Source of the DNA: an uncultured Aminicenantes bacterium
GTDB lineage: Bacteria > Acidobacteriota > Aminicenantia > UBA2199
Direction: 5' to 3'
Length of the DNA: 64,000 bases
NCBI GenBank assembly: GCA_965195285.1
Contig: CBDAFS010000031.1
Span: 83,912 to 147,911 of the forward strand
Position 1 is the first letter of the stretch. Each line of letters begins with the position of its first letter. A program made the position numbers and the translations under genes. Below are positions 38,155 to 47,256 of the stretch, piece after piece. Below the pieces are notes generated by a model, which searched no databases, was not told the DNA's origin, and saw nothing but the letters and a program-made list of their open reading frames with translations.

Positions 38155-39276
38155 TCAATCAGCCCTTGGTACCTTTATCGAAAACTTGGAAACAGCCAGG
38201 TTTCCCTCTTCATCCTCGGTAGCAATAAAAAGCCACTGGTCCCATATAGTGAAAGTTTTGATGGACAGACCGTCTTCCACCTTCATCTCTGAGGTGTAAA
38301 GATATTTTCCCTGCGGGGAAAATATATCGATTGATTTACGGGACCTGCTTTCCGGTTCTGAAACAAAAATGTAGATCATTCCGTTTTTATCGATAAACAT
38401 ATTGTAAAAATACGAGGCGGTTTCAGGCAGGCCATCAATGATTTTCTTAACCATATCCTGGGGCGCATCATTGAACTGTTTCCCCAATTCCTTTTTGTAT
38501 TGATTGGATATTTTTTTAGGTTCCCGGTTCTCGATACAGAAGCTGTTAACAGGCTTTCCTTCCAGGTCCATGATATGGATCCGATACTGACTGGTCATAC
38601 CCTGGTATATTTTCCCATCATGGTATCTCACAATCATCAAAGGAGTGATGTCACCGATCACGATGGCAATCATGACCTTATTCCCCCGGTTTTCCTCAGA
38701 AACGGTTGCTTTTTTAAAGGGTGTAAATGTGGCAATGACTTTTTCTGCATTATCTTTCAAATTATACAATTTGATTTTGGCTTCGGGTTTTCTCGGGTTA
38801 TCAATAGTGGCCGGGGCAGAGATGAAAACATCTTCTGAAACAAAAGTCTGGGGTTTTGTCTGAAAAGGATACGGAGCGGTTCTTTTAAATTCCCCTTTGC
38901 GGGTGAAAAAGTGGACCCTTCCCCGGTCAACCACAATGATATTGTTTCCGATACTGAAAAGCTGTGCCCCCATCCGGAGATTTTTTATTTCACCCGGGCC
39001 TTCTCCCTTTCTGCCAAAGGCGGATATAAATTTTCCATTTTTGTCAAAAATAAAAATCTTGAAATTTTTAGCATCCAAAATATAGACCTTCCCATCTGGA
39101 GTGATGTCAATTTCTTGTATAGCACCGAACACATCGTTTCCGGCGGTTTCAATCTCCCACATTTTTTTCATCTGCAGGTTCCAGGAGCCTTTTTCAGGCT
39201 TATCTGGATTTATGATCTGGCCAAAAGTGAGACAACTGGCAATGATGAAAACCAGGAAAAATAAATTTTTTTTCAT
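38155..39276 (-). CDS. secreted 6-bladed beta-propeller lipoprotein (Bacteroidetes-type DUF5128/NHL-like family)
   Basis: Lipoprotein signal MKKNLFFLVFIIASC; repeated +IFIFDKNGKF.SAFGRKGEGPGE-type blades. AGGAG SD. 116 nt upstream of the hybrid HK on the same strand. Confidence 0.6.
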   Translation of the reverse strand: MKKNLFFLVFIIASCLTFGQIINPDKPEKGSWNLQMKKMWEIETAGNDVFGAIQEIDITPDGKVYILDAKNFKIFIFDKNGKFISAFGRKGEGPGEIKNLRMGAQLFSIGNNIIVVDRGRVHFFTRKGEFKRTAPYPFQTKPQTFVSEDVFISAPATIDNPRKPEAKIKLYNLKDNAEKVIATFTPFKKATVSEENRGNKVMIAIVIGDITPLMIVRYHDGKIYQGMTSQYRIHIMDLEGKPVNSFCIENREPKKISNQYKKELGKQFNDAPQDMVKKIIDGLPETASYFYNMFIDKNGMIYIFVSEPESRSRKSIDIFSPQGKYLYTSEMKVEDGLSIKTFTIWDQWLFIATEDEEGNLAVSKFSIKVPRAD

Positions 39277-39463
39277 CTTTTTCTCCTAAAAAGTCATTAA
39301 AAATATGAATTGATATGTGATTTATTTGCATGGAGCAAACAGACAACATATTACCATGACGCCAACATTTAAGTTAAAGTTTATTCAGAGAGAATATCTT
39401 GGAATATTATATCATTATTCTTAATAATTACCAATTTGATTTTGGTTTTTTCTTTCTGTGGAA

Positions 39464-39492
39464 TTGACATTTTCAGGGGTGAGTTTTATAAT
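39464..39492 (+). promoter_or_regulatory. consensus sigma70 promoter TTGACA-N17-TATAAT for lipoprotein gene
   Basis: TTGACA at 39464-39469, 17-nt spacer, TATAAT at 39487-39492. AAGGAG SD at 39502-39507 and ATG at 39514. Confidence 0.7.
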
Positions 39493-39513
39493 CACCGGCA
39501 GTAAGGAGATAAC

Positions 39514-40023
39514 ATGAAATATTACCGGTTTATATGGGTTGTATTCGTTATGGTTTTTCTTGCTTCCTGCGCTTCCAAGGGTGTGATGATCAACATCACC
39601 CCTTCGGAAGTGAAACTTTCTTCCTACAAATCCCTTTGGGTGAGCGTTTCGTCTGAGACTGCCAATGAAGATGAGATGAGAATGCTGGTAGACGAAGTGG
39701 TCAAAAAGTTGAAGTCGACAACCATGTTTGAGCAAATTTCAGGTCTCGAAGATTCAGCAACTCCGCTGGATCTGCATTTGAAACTGAATATTGTGGATGT
39801 CATCCGGGTGAGCATGCAGGACAGGGCTTTTGCCGGAGCCATACCGGGAAAGGCGAAAATTCTGGTTGATGGGGAGCTTATCGATACCGCATCCGGGAAT
39901 TCAGTCGGGTCTTTCCGGGTGGAAGGGAAATCCTCCGGAGGTTCTGTGTTTGCCGGGGATACCCGCCAGGCTATTTTGCGGGCCTCTGAAATGATTATAG
40001 AATATATTTCTATAAATCATTGA
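39514..40023 (+). CDS. lipoprotein, unknown function
   Basis: Lipobox FLASCAS. Driven by a consensus promoter and an AAGGAG SD. Confidence 0.6.
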   Translation: MKYYRFIWVVFVMVFLASCASKGVMINITPSEVKLSSYKSLWVSVSSETANEDEMRMLVDEVVKKLKSTTMFEQISGLEDSATPLDLHLKLNIVDVIRVSMQDRAFAGAIPGKAKILVDGELIDTASGNSVGSFRVEGKSSGGSVFAGDTRQAILRASEMIIEYISINH

Positions 40024-40211
40024 TATTTGATATTATAATGGTTTGATTATTGTATTTCAGCCCTTTACCAGAAGCTCTGATATTTCCTCTATATTGCATT
40101 TGATTCACTATTCAGAGGCTACTGGATTCAAATCAAAATAGGGCAGGTAATCATCAATAGCCCCTATGTTTATAAAAATGGTTTTCATTATCAAATAAAT
40201 ATATTTTTGTA

Positions 40212-40240
40212 TTGACAAAAGTAGAGATGAGAATTATCAT
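40212..40240 (+). promoter_or_regulatory. sigma70 promoter TTGACA-N17-TATCAT for the Nox/CoADR-family oxidoreductase gene
   Basis: TTGACA at 40212-40217, 17-nt spacer, TATCAT at 40235-40240. A leader of about 60 nt with a GAAGGAG SD. Confidence 0.6.
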
Positions 40241-40303
40241 AGCCTGTTAAGTTCCTGACAGAGACGTCAAGACTGCAAAAAAAAAATTTGAAGGAGTAAG
40301 CTG

Positions 40304-41650
40304 ATGATAAAAACCGACATTGCCGTGATCGGGGGCAGTGCAGCCGGATTGACCGCTGCTATTACGGCACGACGTCATTACCCTGATAAGAAGATCACGC
40401 TTATACGCAAAGAAAAAAAGGTTTTAATTCCATGCGGAATCCCTTACATTTTCGGAACAGTTGGGACACCGGACAAGAATTTAATGCCGGATGCGGCACT
40501 TGAGAAAAACAATGTTGAGCTTATGATAAGCGAAGCAACCGACATAAACCGGGAGAAAAAGACGATTCTCACCAAAGACGGGGAGATCGGCTATGACAAG
40601 TTGATTATTGCTACCGGTTCCAAACCGGTCATGCCACCGATTCCCGGCTTTGAGCTGGAAGGGGTCTATGCGGTGGTCAAAGACATTGATTATCTTTCCG
40701 CCCTGCAGAAAAAGCTGGAAACCGTCAAGGAGATTGTCATCATCGGGGGCGGTTTTATCGGTATCGAATTTGCGGATGAAATAAACAAGCTCGGGGGCAA
40801 GAATGTAACCGTGGTTGAAATTGCACCCCATTGTTTGAACCTGGCCTATGATGAAGAATTCTGTGAGGAAATGGAAAATCATCTGCGGGATCGCGGGATC
40901 AATATACTGACTTCAACTAAAGTTGAGCGTATTGCCGGCAGGGAAAAGGTCGAGAAGGTTATCTTTTCCAATGGAGATGAAATAAAAGCGGATATTGTCA
41001 TCCTGGGGATCGGGTCGGTTGCCCATAACGAACTGGCCAGGAAGGCGAAATTAAGGATCGGATTGACCGGTGGGATTGAAGTGGACCGTACCATGAAAAC
41101 TTCGGATGAGCATATCTTCTGCTGCGGCGATTGTGCGGAAAAGGTGTCGTTTTTTGGTGGTAAAGCGTCGCCTCTGAAGCTGGCTTCTATTGCTTCCCTG
41201 GAAGCCCGGATTGCCGGAGCCAATTTGTATGGGTTGCACCGGGAGAACGGAGGTACCATCGGGGTGTGGTCAACCGCAGTGGGTGATCTGGCCCTGGCCA
41301 CTGCCGGGTTAACCGAAGAAATGGCCAAAATGCTCGGTTATGGTATCGTGGTGGCCAAAATCGAGGGTCCCAACCGCCACCCGGGAATGATGCCCGGAGT
41401 CAAATTGCACAAACTCAAGCTGGTTTTTGAAAAAACCACGGGAGTATTATTAGGGGGTCAGGTATTGGGTGGAGAAAGTACCGGGGAAATATCGAATATC
41501 ATTTCTGCCTGCATTATCTCCCGTATGACGACCAATGATATTTCCATGTTCCAGGTCGGAACTCACCCGGCTTTGACATCTTCACCGGTGGCATATCCCC
41601 TGATCAATGCGGCCGAGATGGCCATCGGGCAGATGAAAAAAACCAAATAA
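40304..41650 (+). CDS. FAD-dependent pyridine nucleotide-disulfide oxidoreductase, NADH oxidase/CoA-disulfide reductase family
   Basis: FAD motif IAVIGGSAAGLTAA; single redox Cys in LIPCGIPYIF (cf. SFxNCxLPY of Nox/CoADR); NAD motif IVIIGGGFIGIEFA; C-terminal dimerisation domain. Confidence 0.85.
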   Translation: MIKTDIAVIGGSAAGLTAAITARRHYPDKKITLIRKEKKVLIPCGIPYIFGTVGTPDKNLMPDAALEKNNVELMISEATDINREKKTILTKDGEIGYDKLIIATGSKPVMPPIPGFELEGVYAVVKDIDYLSALQKKLETVKEIVIIGGGFIGIEFADEINKLGGKNVTVVEIAPHCLNLAYDEEFCEEMENHLRDRGINILTSTKVERIAGREKVEKVIFSNGDEIKADIVILGIGSVAHNELARKAKLRIGLTGGIEVDRTMKTSDEHIFCCGDCAEKVSFFGGKASPLKLASIASLEARIAGANLYGLHRENGGTIGVWSTAVGDLALATAGLTEEMAKMLGYGIVVAKIEGPNRHPGMMPGVKLHKLKLVFEKTTGVLLGGQVLGGESTGEISNIISACIISRMTTNDISMFQVGTHPALTSSPVAYPLINAAEMAIGQMKKTK

Positions 41651-41673
41651 ATGACCCTGTCCAGAGGTGGATT

Positions 41674-42084
41674 ATGTTAAAAATTTTATTGATAGACGAT
41701 GATTTGGATTGCATCGAGCCCCTGAAGATTGTACTGACTTCAGAGGGATTCGGGGTAGAAACAGCTTTATCTCCCCAGGAAGGAATCGAAAAGGTAAAAC
41801 AGACAAACCCTGATCTGGTGGTCCTGGATGTCATGATGCCCAATGATTACGAGGGTTTTGAAGTGGCTAAGCATATACGGGAAAATTTGGGATTAAAGGA
41901 ATTGCCCATCCTGATACTCTCCAATGTACACAATGTTAAAAAAGTTCCTTACCGGTTTGCCCCGGATAAGGATTTTTTACCGGTGGATGTTTTCATCGAC
42001 AAACCGGTTGATCCTGATATTTTACTTGATACGGTGAATAAACTGCTTGGCGAAAAACGTGAAGATCCCAGGACCCCCCTATAG
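41674..42084 (+). CDS. single-domain response regulator (CheY-like receiver)
   Basis: DD pair (LLIDDD), phospho-acceptor Asp in LVVLDVMMP, conserved Lys region PILILSN. No output domain. Confidence 0.8.
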   Translation: MLKILLIDDDLDCIEPLKIVLTSEGFGVETALSPQEGIEKVKQTNPDLVVLDVMMPNDYEGFEVAKHIRENLGLKELPILILSNVHNVKKVPYRFAPDKDFLPVDVFIDKPVDPDILLDTVNKLLGEKREDPRTPL

Positions 42085-42160
42085 AGGGAATCTGATTTCC
42101 GGCATCATTCCATTATAACCCGGTGCAGGATCACTTCAGCTGTAAAATTTCAGATTTGGA

Positions 42161-43483
42161 TTAAATTCCGGAAACCACCACGTCGGTAAATACCAGGCTG
42201 GGTGTGCGCCAGCTGGAATAGATCCAGGGATCGTTGGCCGCTTCAGACAGTTTCTGCCAGAATTCCAGATGATTGTAAGCAATATTCATTTCCACCACGG
42301 TTTGAACCGGTAGGCCCTTGTCAAAGAGTTTTCCGATGATGCCTACCGAGGCATCCCCGGTGATGGAGTTGGAATTACCACCGATAAATCCGGTAATGAA
42401 AATTCCCCGGCCCAGGTCTTTCATGATCTCTGACACCGATCGTTTCCCCGGGGGGATGATAATATTGGAAGGCCGTCCGGCGGTCGGTTCCCAGCCCAGT
42501 TTCCGGCTGTAATACCAATCCAGATAAAATTCCTTTAAAACGCCCTTTTCAACCATGGTTCTTTTCTTGGCGGCAAATCCGTCACCATCATACAAACGGC
42601 TGCCCAGGCCCCCTTGCATCAGGGGATCATCGATTAGGGTAAACCAATCGCTGCCTATTTTCTGTCCCTTTTTCTCAGCCAGGAATGAACGTTTTTGTTG
42701 AATGCTTCGTCCGAACAGGGGAGACAAGAATCCATACATGATGCGGGGAACGTTACGGTTTTCAATGATGATGGGCAGGGTTTCGGTTTTGATTTTTTTG
42801 CCTCCCAAAAGGTCAAAGGTGCGTTTGGCTGCCACTTTTCCGATTTCCTCTGCTGGGGGAAGTCCCTTTTGATTGACCGAGGCCACATAGTTGTACCCAT
42901 TGGGCCGGCGGTCTCCCTCATCCTGCATGGTTATTTCCGCTCCGGCCCAGTAAATGGTGGCCTGCCTGTATCCTTCGAAGCCGTTACTGGCCATCATGAC
43001 CGATTCATAACGGTTGTCATATTCCATGGCCGTTACTGAAATTGTTTTTTCCCCGCCTTTTTTCAGGCAGGCATTTTCAATGGCCTTAGCCATTTTATGC
43101 CGTCCTTCGGCAGTCAGATTCTTATAATCCGGATCATTGATTTCCAGATCCACATTGGCTCTGCCCTGATAATATTTGGGGTCCGGCAAGATTCTGAAAG
43201 GGTCCTCGGCCAGAAGTTTGGTGGCACTAACCGCATTGGTAATAAAGGTTTTCAGCGCATTCATTCTCAAATCGGATGTCCATTGGCGGGAATAACGCTT
43301 GTTGACAAAAATTTCGACCGAGAGTTGCATTTTAGAGGCTTCTTTTATATTTTCCGGCTTCTGATTGCGGTAGCTGATTTCAACAAATCGTTCACTGTCA
43401 ATATTAACCCGGCATTCATCTGCTCCGGCTGCCTTGGCTGTTTTTATTGAAAATTCAGACAAATCACACATTTCTTTTTTCAT
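42161..43483 (-). CDS. pmbA: TldE/PmbA-family metalloprotease component
   Basis: 440 aa. Fold typical of the PmbA/TldD superfamily: it lacks the HExxxH that is present in the TldD partner. Sits immediately downstream of the TldD-like gene. Confidence 0.75.
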   Translation of the reverse strand: MKKEMCDLSEFSIKTAKAAGADECRVNIDSERFVEISYRNQKPENIKEASKMQLSVEIFVNKRYSRQWTSDLRMNALKTFITNAVSATKLLAEDPFRILPDPKYYQGRANVDLEINDPDYKNLTAEGRHKMAKAIENACLKKGGEKTISVTAMEYDNRYESVMMASNGFEGYRQATIYWAGAEITMQDEGDRRPNGYNYVASVNQKGLPPAEEIGKVAAKRTFDLLGGKKIKTETLPIIIENRNVPRIMYGFLSPLFGRSIQQKRSFLAEKKGQKIGSDWFTLIDDPLMQGGLGSRLYDGDGFAAKKRTMVEKGVLKEFYLDWYYSRKLGWEPTAGRPSNIIIPPGKRSVSEIMKDLGRGIFITGFIGGNSNSITGDASVGIIGKLFDKGLPVQTVVEMNIAYNHLEFWQKLSEAANDPWIYSSWRTPSLVFTDVVVSGI

Positions 43484-43498
43484 GGTTACCTCCCTGAT

Positions 43499-45034
43499 TT
43501 AGGCTTTTCGCCCGCCAACCGTCATTGATTTGACCAGAACCGTAGGCATCCCAAAACCAACCGGAACTCTCTGACCGTCTTTGCCGCAATATCCGGTACC
43601 GCCTTTGGACATCTCCAGATCGTTGGCCACCATGGTCATATTTTTCAGCATCTTGGGGCCATTTCCCATGATATTCATGTCTTTTATAGGGGCGGTCAAT
43701 TTTCCGTTTTCGATCATGAGTCCCTGGGACACATAGAAGGCAAAATCTCCCTCGCCAATTTTAACCTGGCCATTGCTAACGTCTTTTACATAGATTCCCT
43801 TTTTAACACTCTTGATAATTTCTTCGGGTGTGGATGGCCCTGCCAGCATATAAGTGTTTCTCATTCGAGGGACTACATAGTGTTCATAGCTTTGACGGCG
43901 GCCGTTTCCGGTGGGTTTCACCTGGTAGTGTCTGGCTGAAATTTTGTCATGCATATAGCTGGTCAAAATTCCATTTTCTACCAGAATGGTTTTTTGACCC
44001 GGTGTTCCTTCATCGTCTACATTCAGTGCACCCAGTAATTTTGGAATGGTCCCATCATCGATAATGGTCACAAAGGGTTCGGCCACTTTTTTCCCGATCA
44101 TGGTGGTGTAGGTGGAAATCTTTTTCCGGTTGAAATCGGCTTCCATCCCGTGCCCGATGGCTTCGTGAAGCAGTATGGCCGGTATACCCGGACCCAGTAC
44201 CACCGGCATTTCACCAGCCGGTGCCGGGACGGCATCAAAAAGAACCAGGACCCGGTCAACAGCGGTTTTACAGATTTCTTTCACCACGTCCATGGTGTAA
44301 TAAGAGAAGTCATGACGTCCGCCTAGATTCCAGCCCGAACGTTCCCGCTTACCGTTCTTTTCCGCGACAACCGAGGCGTAAAGATAATTTTTCGGAATCA
44401 GGTCTTCGGTTTTAACCCCGTCACTGGTGACCACCAGTATGCGTTTTTGACGGTCGTGAAATCCTGCACTGACCTTTATAATATGTGGTGAGAGGGCAAA
44501 ACACCTGTCATTGGCTGCCTGGACCAGTGGAAGCTTGGATTCCAGGGGAACCGAAGTCAGGAGTCTTTTCAAGGGATAGTAGTTTTTGGTCTCCTGCCGT
44601 ATTAATTTATCGGCCGGTTTTTTTGCGGTTCCGGATGCGATAGTGGCAGCTGTGGCTGCGGCATCCAGCATTGATTTTTCATTGAGTATCTGGGTAAATC
44701 CATAACCCACCTGATCCCCTTTTACCGTCCGGATACCGACTCCCAGCTGGACCACGCTGTAGGCTTGATTGACTTTTCCGTCTTCAAGATTAACCCAGTT
44801 TCCGATGGAATGCTCGAAAAATAAATCGGCAAAATCACCCCCTCTGGAAAGGGCTTTGGTAAGTACCCTCTGGCAAAGCAGGTCATTAATCCCGAATTCC
44901 TTTTCAAAATAACCGGTAGTTTTTACAGCGCCAGGGCCGGCTAAACTCCGGGGGATTAATGGAACTGATGCCATTGCAATTGACGTCATGGCAGAGCTCT
45001 TCAGAAACGAACGCCTGCTTATTTTTTTCATCAT
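43499..45034 (-). CDS. tldD: TldD-family metalloprotease with twin-arginine signal peptide
   Basis: Tat motif SRRSFLKSSAMTSIAMASV; HExxxH-type motif LLHEAIGHGMEADF characteristic of TldD; GxC motif near the C-terminus (GTGYCGKDGQ). Confidence 0.8.
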   Translation of the reverse strand: MMKKISRRSFLKSSAMTSIAMASVPLIPRSLAGPGAVKTTGYFEKEFGINDLLCQRVLTKALSRGGDFADLFFEHSIGNWVNLEDGKVNQAYSVVQLGVGIRTVKGDQVGYGFTQILNEKSMLDAAATAATIASGTAKKPADKLIRQETKNYYPLKRLLTSVPLESKLPLVQAANDRCFALSPHIIKVSAGFHDRQKRILVVTSDGVKTEDLIPKNYLYASVVAEKNGKRERSGWNLGGRHDFSYYTMDVVKEICKTAVDRVLVLFDAVPAPAGEMPVVLGPGIPAILLHEAIGHGMEADFNRKKISTYTTMIGKKVAEPFVTIIDDGTIPKLLGALNVDDEGTPGQKTILVENGILTSYMHDKISARHYQVKPTGNGRRQSYEHYVVPRMRNTYMLAGPSTPEEIIKSVKKGIYVKDVSNGQVKIGEGDFAFYVSQGLMIENGKLTAPIKDMNIMGNGPKMLKNMTMVANDLEMSKGGTGYCGKDGQRVPVGFGMPTVLVKSMTVGGRKA

Positions 45035-45201
45035 TACCTCCTTAAAATTCGGATAAAAAACATTTTTCTGTTTTTATGGTAGCAAAATAATTTTTAATTT
45101 TCAACAGTGATCTTTAGATGATTTATTTTACTAACCAGATTCATTTTTGATGATTTTAATTCGGAATAAAAAATATTTTTCCCTATGACATTATTAAAGG
45201 C

Positions 45202-45230
45202 TTGACCCCTTGTTTCCTGGAAGGTAAGAT
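45202..45230 (+). promoter_or_regulatory. sigma70 promoter TTGACC-N17-TAAGAT, possibly producing a leaderless DUF1846 mRNA
   Basis: The -10 hexamer ends 5 nt before the ATG at 45236; no SD. Confidence 0.45.
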
Positions 45231-45235
45231 GGGGT

Positions 45236-46756
45236 ATGAAAAAAAAAATTGGTTTTGATAATGAAAAATATTTGAAAGAACAGACAAAAGCTATTTTTCA
45301 GAGAATGGAAAGGTTCAGTGATAAATTGTATCTGGAATTTGGCGGCAAACTTCTATATGATTACCATGCGGCCCGGGTTTTACCGGGTTTTGATCCAAAT
45401 GTTAAGATTAAATTGCTGCAAGAAATAAAAGACCAGACCGATGTGATTCTGTGTATATATGCCGGTGATATCGAAAGAAAAAAGATTCGGGCAGATTTCG
45501 GTATCACCTATGATTCCGATGTTTTAAAACTAATTGATGATCTAAAGGAATGGGGGATTTCATTATCTGCTGTGGTTATTACCCGTTTTGAAAATCAAAT
45601 AGCTGCCCAGGTGTTTAAAAATAAGCTGGAGCGCCGGGATATCAAGGTCTTTACCCATAAATATACCAGAGGATATCCCACTGATATTGATGTGGTTGTT
45701 AGTGATGAAGGATATGGTAATAACCCGTATATTCAAACCGACAAACCCATCGTGGTGGTCGCCGGCCCGGGGCCTGGCAGCGGGAAACTGGCCACCTGTC
45801 TCTCTCAGATGTATCATGACCACAAGAAAGGAATTCAGGCCGGTTATGCAAAGTTTGAAACCTTTCCCATCTGGAATCTTCCCCTCAAGCATGAGGTAAA
45901 TGTGGCCTATGAAGCGGCCACGGCAGATATCAAAGATTTTAATTTAATTGATCATTTTCATCTGGATGCCTACAATCAGAAAACAGTGAATTACAATCGG
46001 GACATTGAGGCATTTCCTTTACTTAAACGAATCATGGAAAAGATTTCCGGAAATGTTTTGCCCTATAAATCCCCTACTGATATGGGAGTAAATCAGGTTG
46101 GATTCGGGATAACCAATCATGAAATCATTAGAGAAGCCTCTACCCAGGAGGTTATCAGACGCTACTTTCGTTATGCTTGTGAATATTCCATGGGTTTAGC
46201 AGAAAAAGAAACAGTTCAGAGATTGGAATTGTTGATGGAAAATTTAGGGGTCACTGTAGTGGATCGCCAGGTGGTAACCCCTGCACGGAAGGCTGCGGCT
46301 GAAGCTCAGAAAACCGAGGGAAAGGGAAGTAGCGGTATTTTCTGTGGGGCTGCGATTCAGTTCCCTGATGGGAGCATTGTAACCGGGAAAAATTCTCCTC
46401 TGATGCATGCGGCATCCAGCCTTATTTTAAATGCGACAAAAGAACTGGCTGCCATTCCGGATGAAATCCCATTATTACCTCAAAATATTATTGAATCTCT
46501 GAGTTATTTAAAAAAAGATGTTTTAAATGGAAGCAAAGTGAGTTTGAATCTGGATGAAACCCTGATTGCACTGGGAATTAGTGCCACCAGTAATCCAGCT
46601 GCCCGGGTAGCAGTGGAAAAATTAAAAGAGCTCAGAAATTGTGAGGCTCACATGACCCATATGCCCTCACCCGGAGATGAGGCCGGTCTGAAAAAATTGG
46701 GAATTAATCTCACCAGCGATCCCAACTTTTCCTCAAAAAACCTTTTTATTAATTAA
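45236..46756 (+). CDS. DUF1846 (UPF0371) family protein
   Basis: About 500 aa. Assignment from length and recalled resemblance to UPF0371 proteins; unknown function. Confidence 0.5.
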   Translation: MKKKIGFDNEKYLKEQTKAIFQRMERFSDKLYLEFGGKLLYDYHAARVLPGFDPNVKIKLLQEIKDQTDVILCIYAGDIERKKIRADFGITYDSDVLKLIDDLKEWGISLSAVVITRFENQIAAQVFKNKLERRDIKVFTHKYTRGYPTDIDVVVSDEGYGNNPYIQTDKPIVVVAGPGPGSGKLATCLSQMYHDHKKGIQAGYAKFETFPIWNLPLKHEVNVAYEAATADIKDFNLIDHFHLDAYNQKTVNYNRDIEAFPLLKRIMEKISGNVLPYKSPTDMGVNQVGFGITNHEIIREASTQEVIRRYFRYACEYSMGLAEKETVQRLELLMENLGVTVVDRQVVTPARKAAAEAQKTEGKGSSGIFCGAAIQFPDGSIVTGKNSPLMHAASSLILNATKELAAIPDEIPLLPQNIIESLSYLKKDVLNGSKVSLNLDETLIALGISATSNPAARVAVEKLKELRNCEAHMTHMPSPGDEAGLKKLGINLTSDPNFSSKNLFIN

Positions 46757-46801
46757 TATTTGATTGTTATTTCTTGTCCAAAAGAAACGCTTCAATCCGG
46801 G

Positions 46802-47221
46802 CTAATTCAGCTGGATGTCCTTTTCCTTTAAAAAATTTCCGAATTGAACATCTATGCCCTTGATGTGTTTGACCAGCCAGTTATTGAGAAAACTATTGAG
46901 GGCATCGGCCAGCTGAAAGGTGGCTCCTTCCTCTTTGAAATCCCGCTCCAGATCATTCAAGGTGTTGACCAATTCCCGGTGGCTGGTCTGGTGGGCTTCC
47001 AAACCCGGGTAGTTATTGGATTGCATGTGGTTTTCTTCGGTTGAAAAATGAAAGTGGGTATAGTCGATCAGAAAATCCAGCGTTTTGATGATTTGAGTTA
47101 ATGCCTGGCCATTGTCAATGGCCAGGGAAACATCATTGGCCCGCTGAAACAGCATTTTATGTTGTTCATCGATCAATGCTATCCTGACTGCCAGGTCCTG
47201 GGTCCATTCAAATGTGGGCAT
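46802..47221 (-). CDS. bacteriohemerythrin-like protein
   Basis: Hemerythrin His/Glu ligand pattern: HF..EE..M, H..L and HI..ID at the expected spacings in a 139-aa four-helix-bundle-size protein. Confidence 0.7.
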   Translation of the reverse strand: MPTFEWTQDLAVRIALIDEQHKMLFQRANDVSLAIDNGQALTQIIKTLDFLIDYTHFHFSTEENHMQSNNYPGLEAHQTSHRELVNTLNDLERDFKEEGATFQLADALNSFLNNWLVKHIKGIDVQFGNFLKEKDIQLN

Positions 47222-47256
47222 GTTTTTCCCTCCCTGAAAGGTGGCTTGGTGATGAA

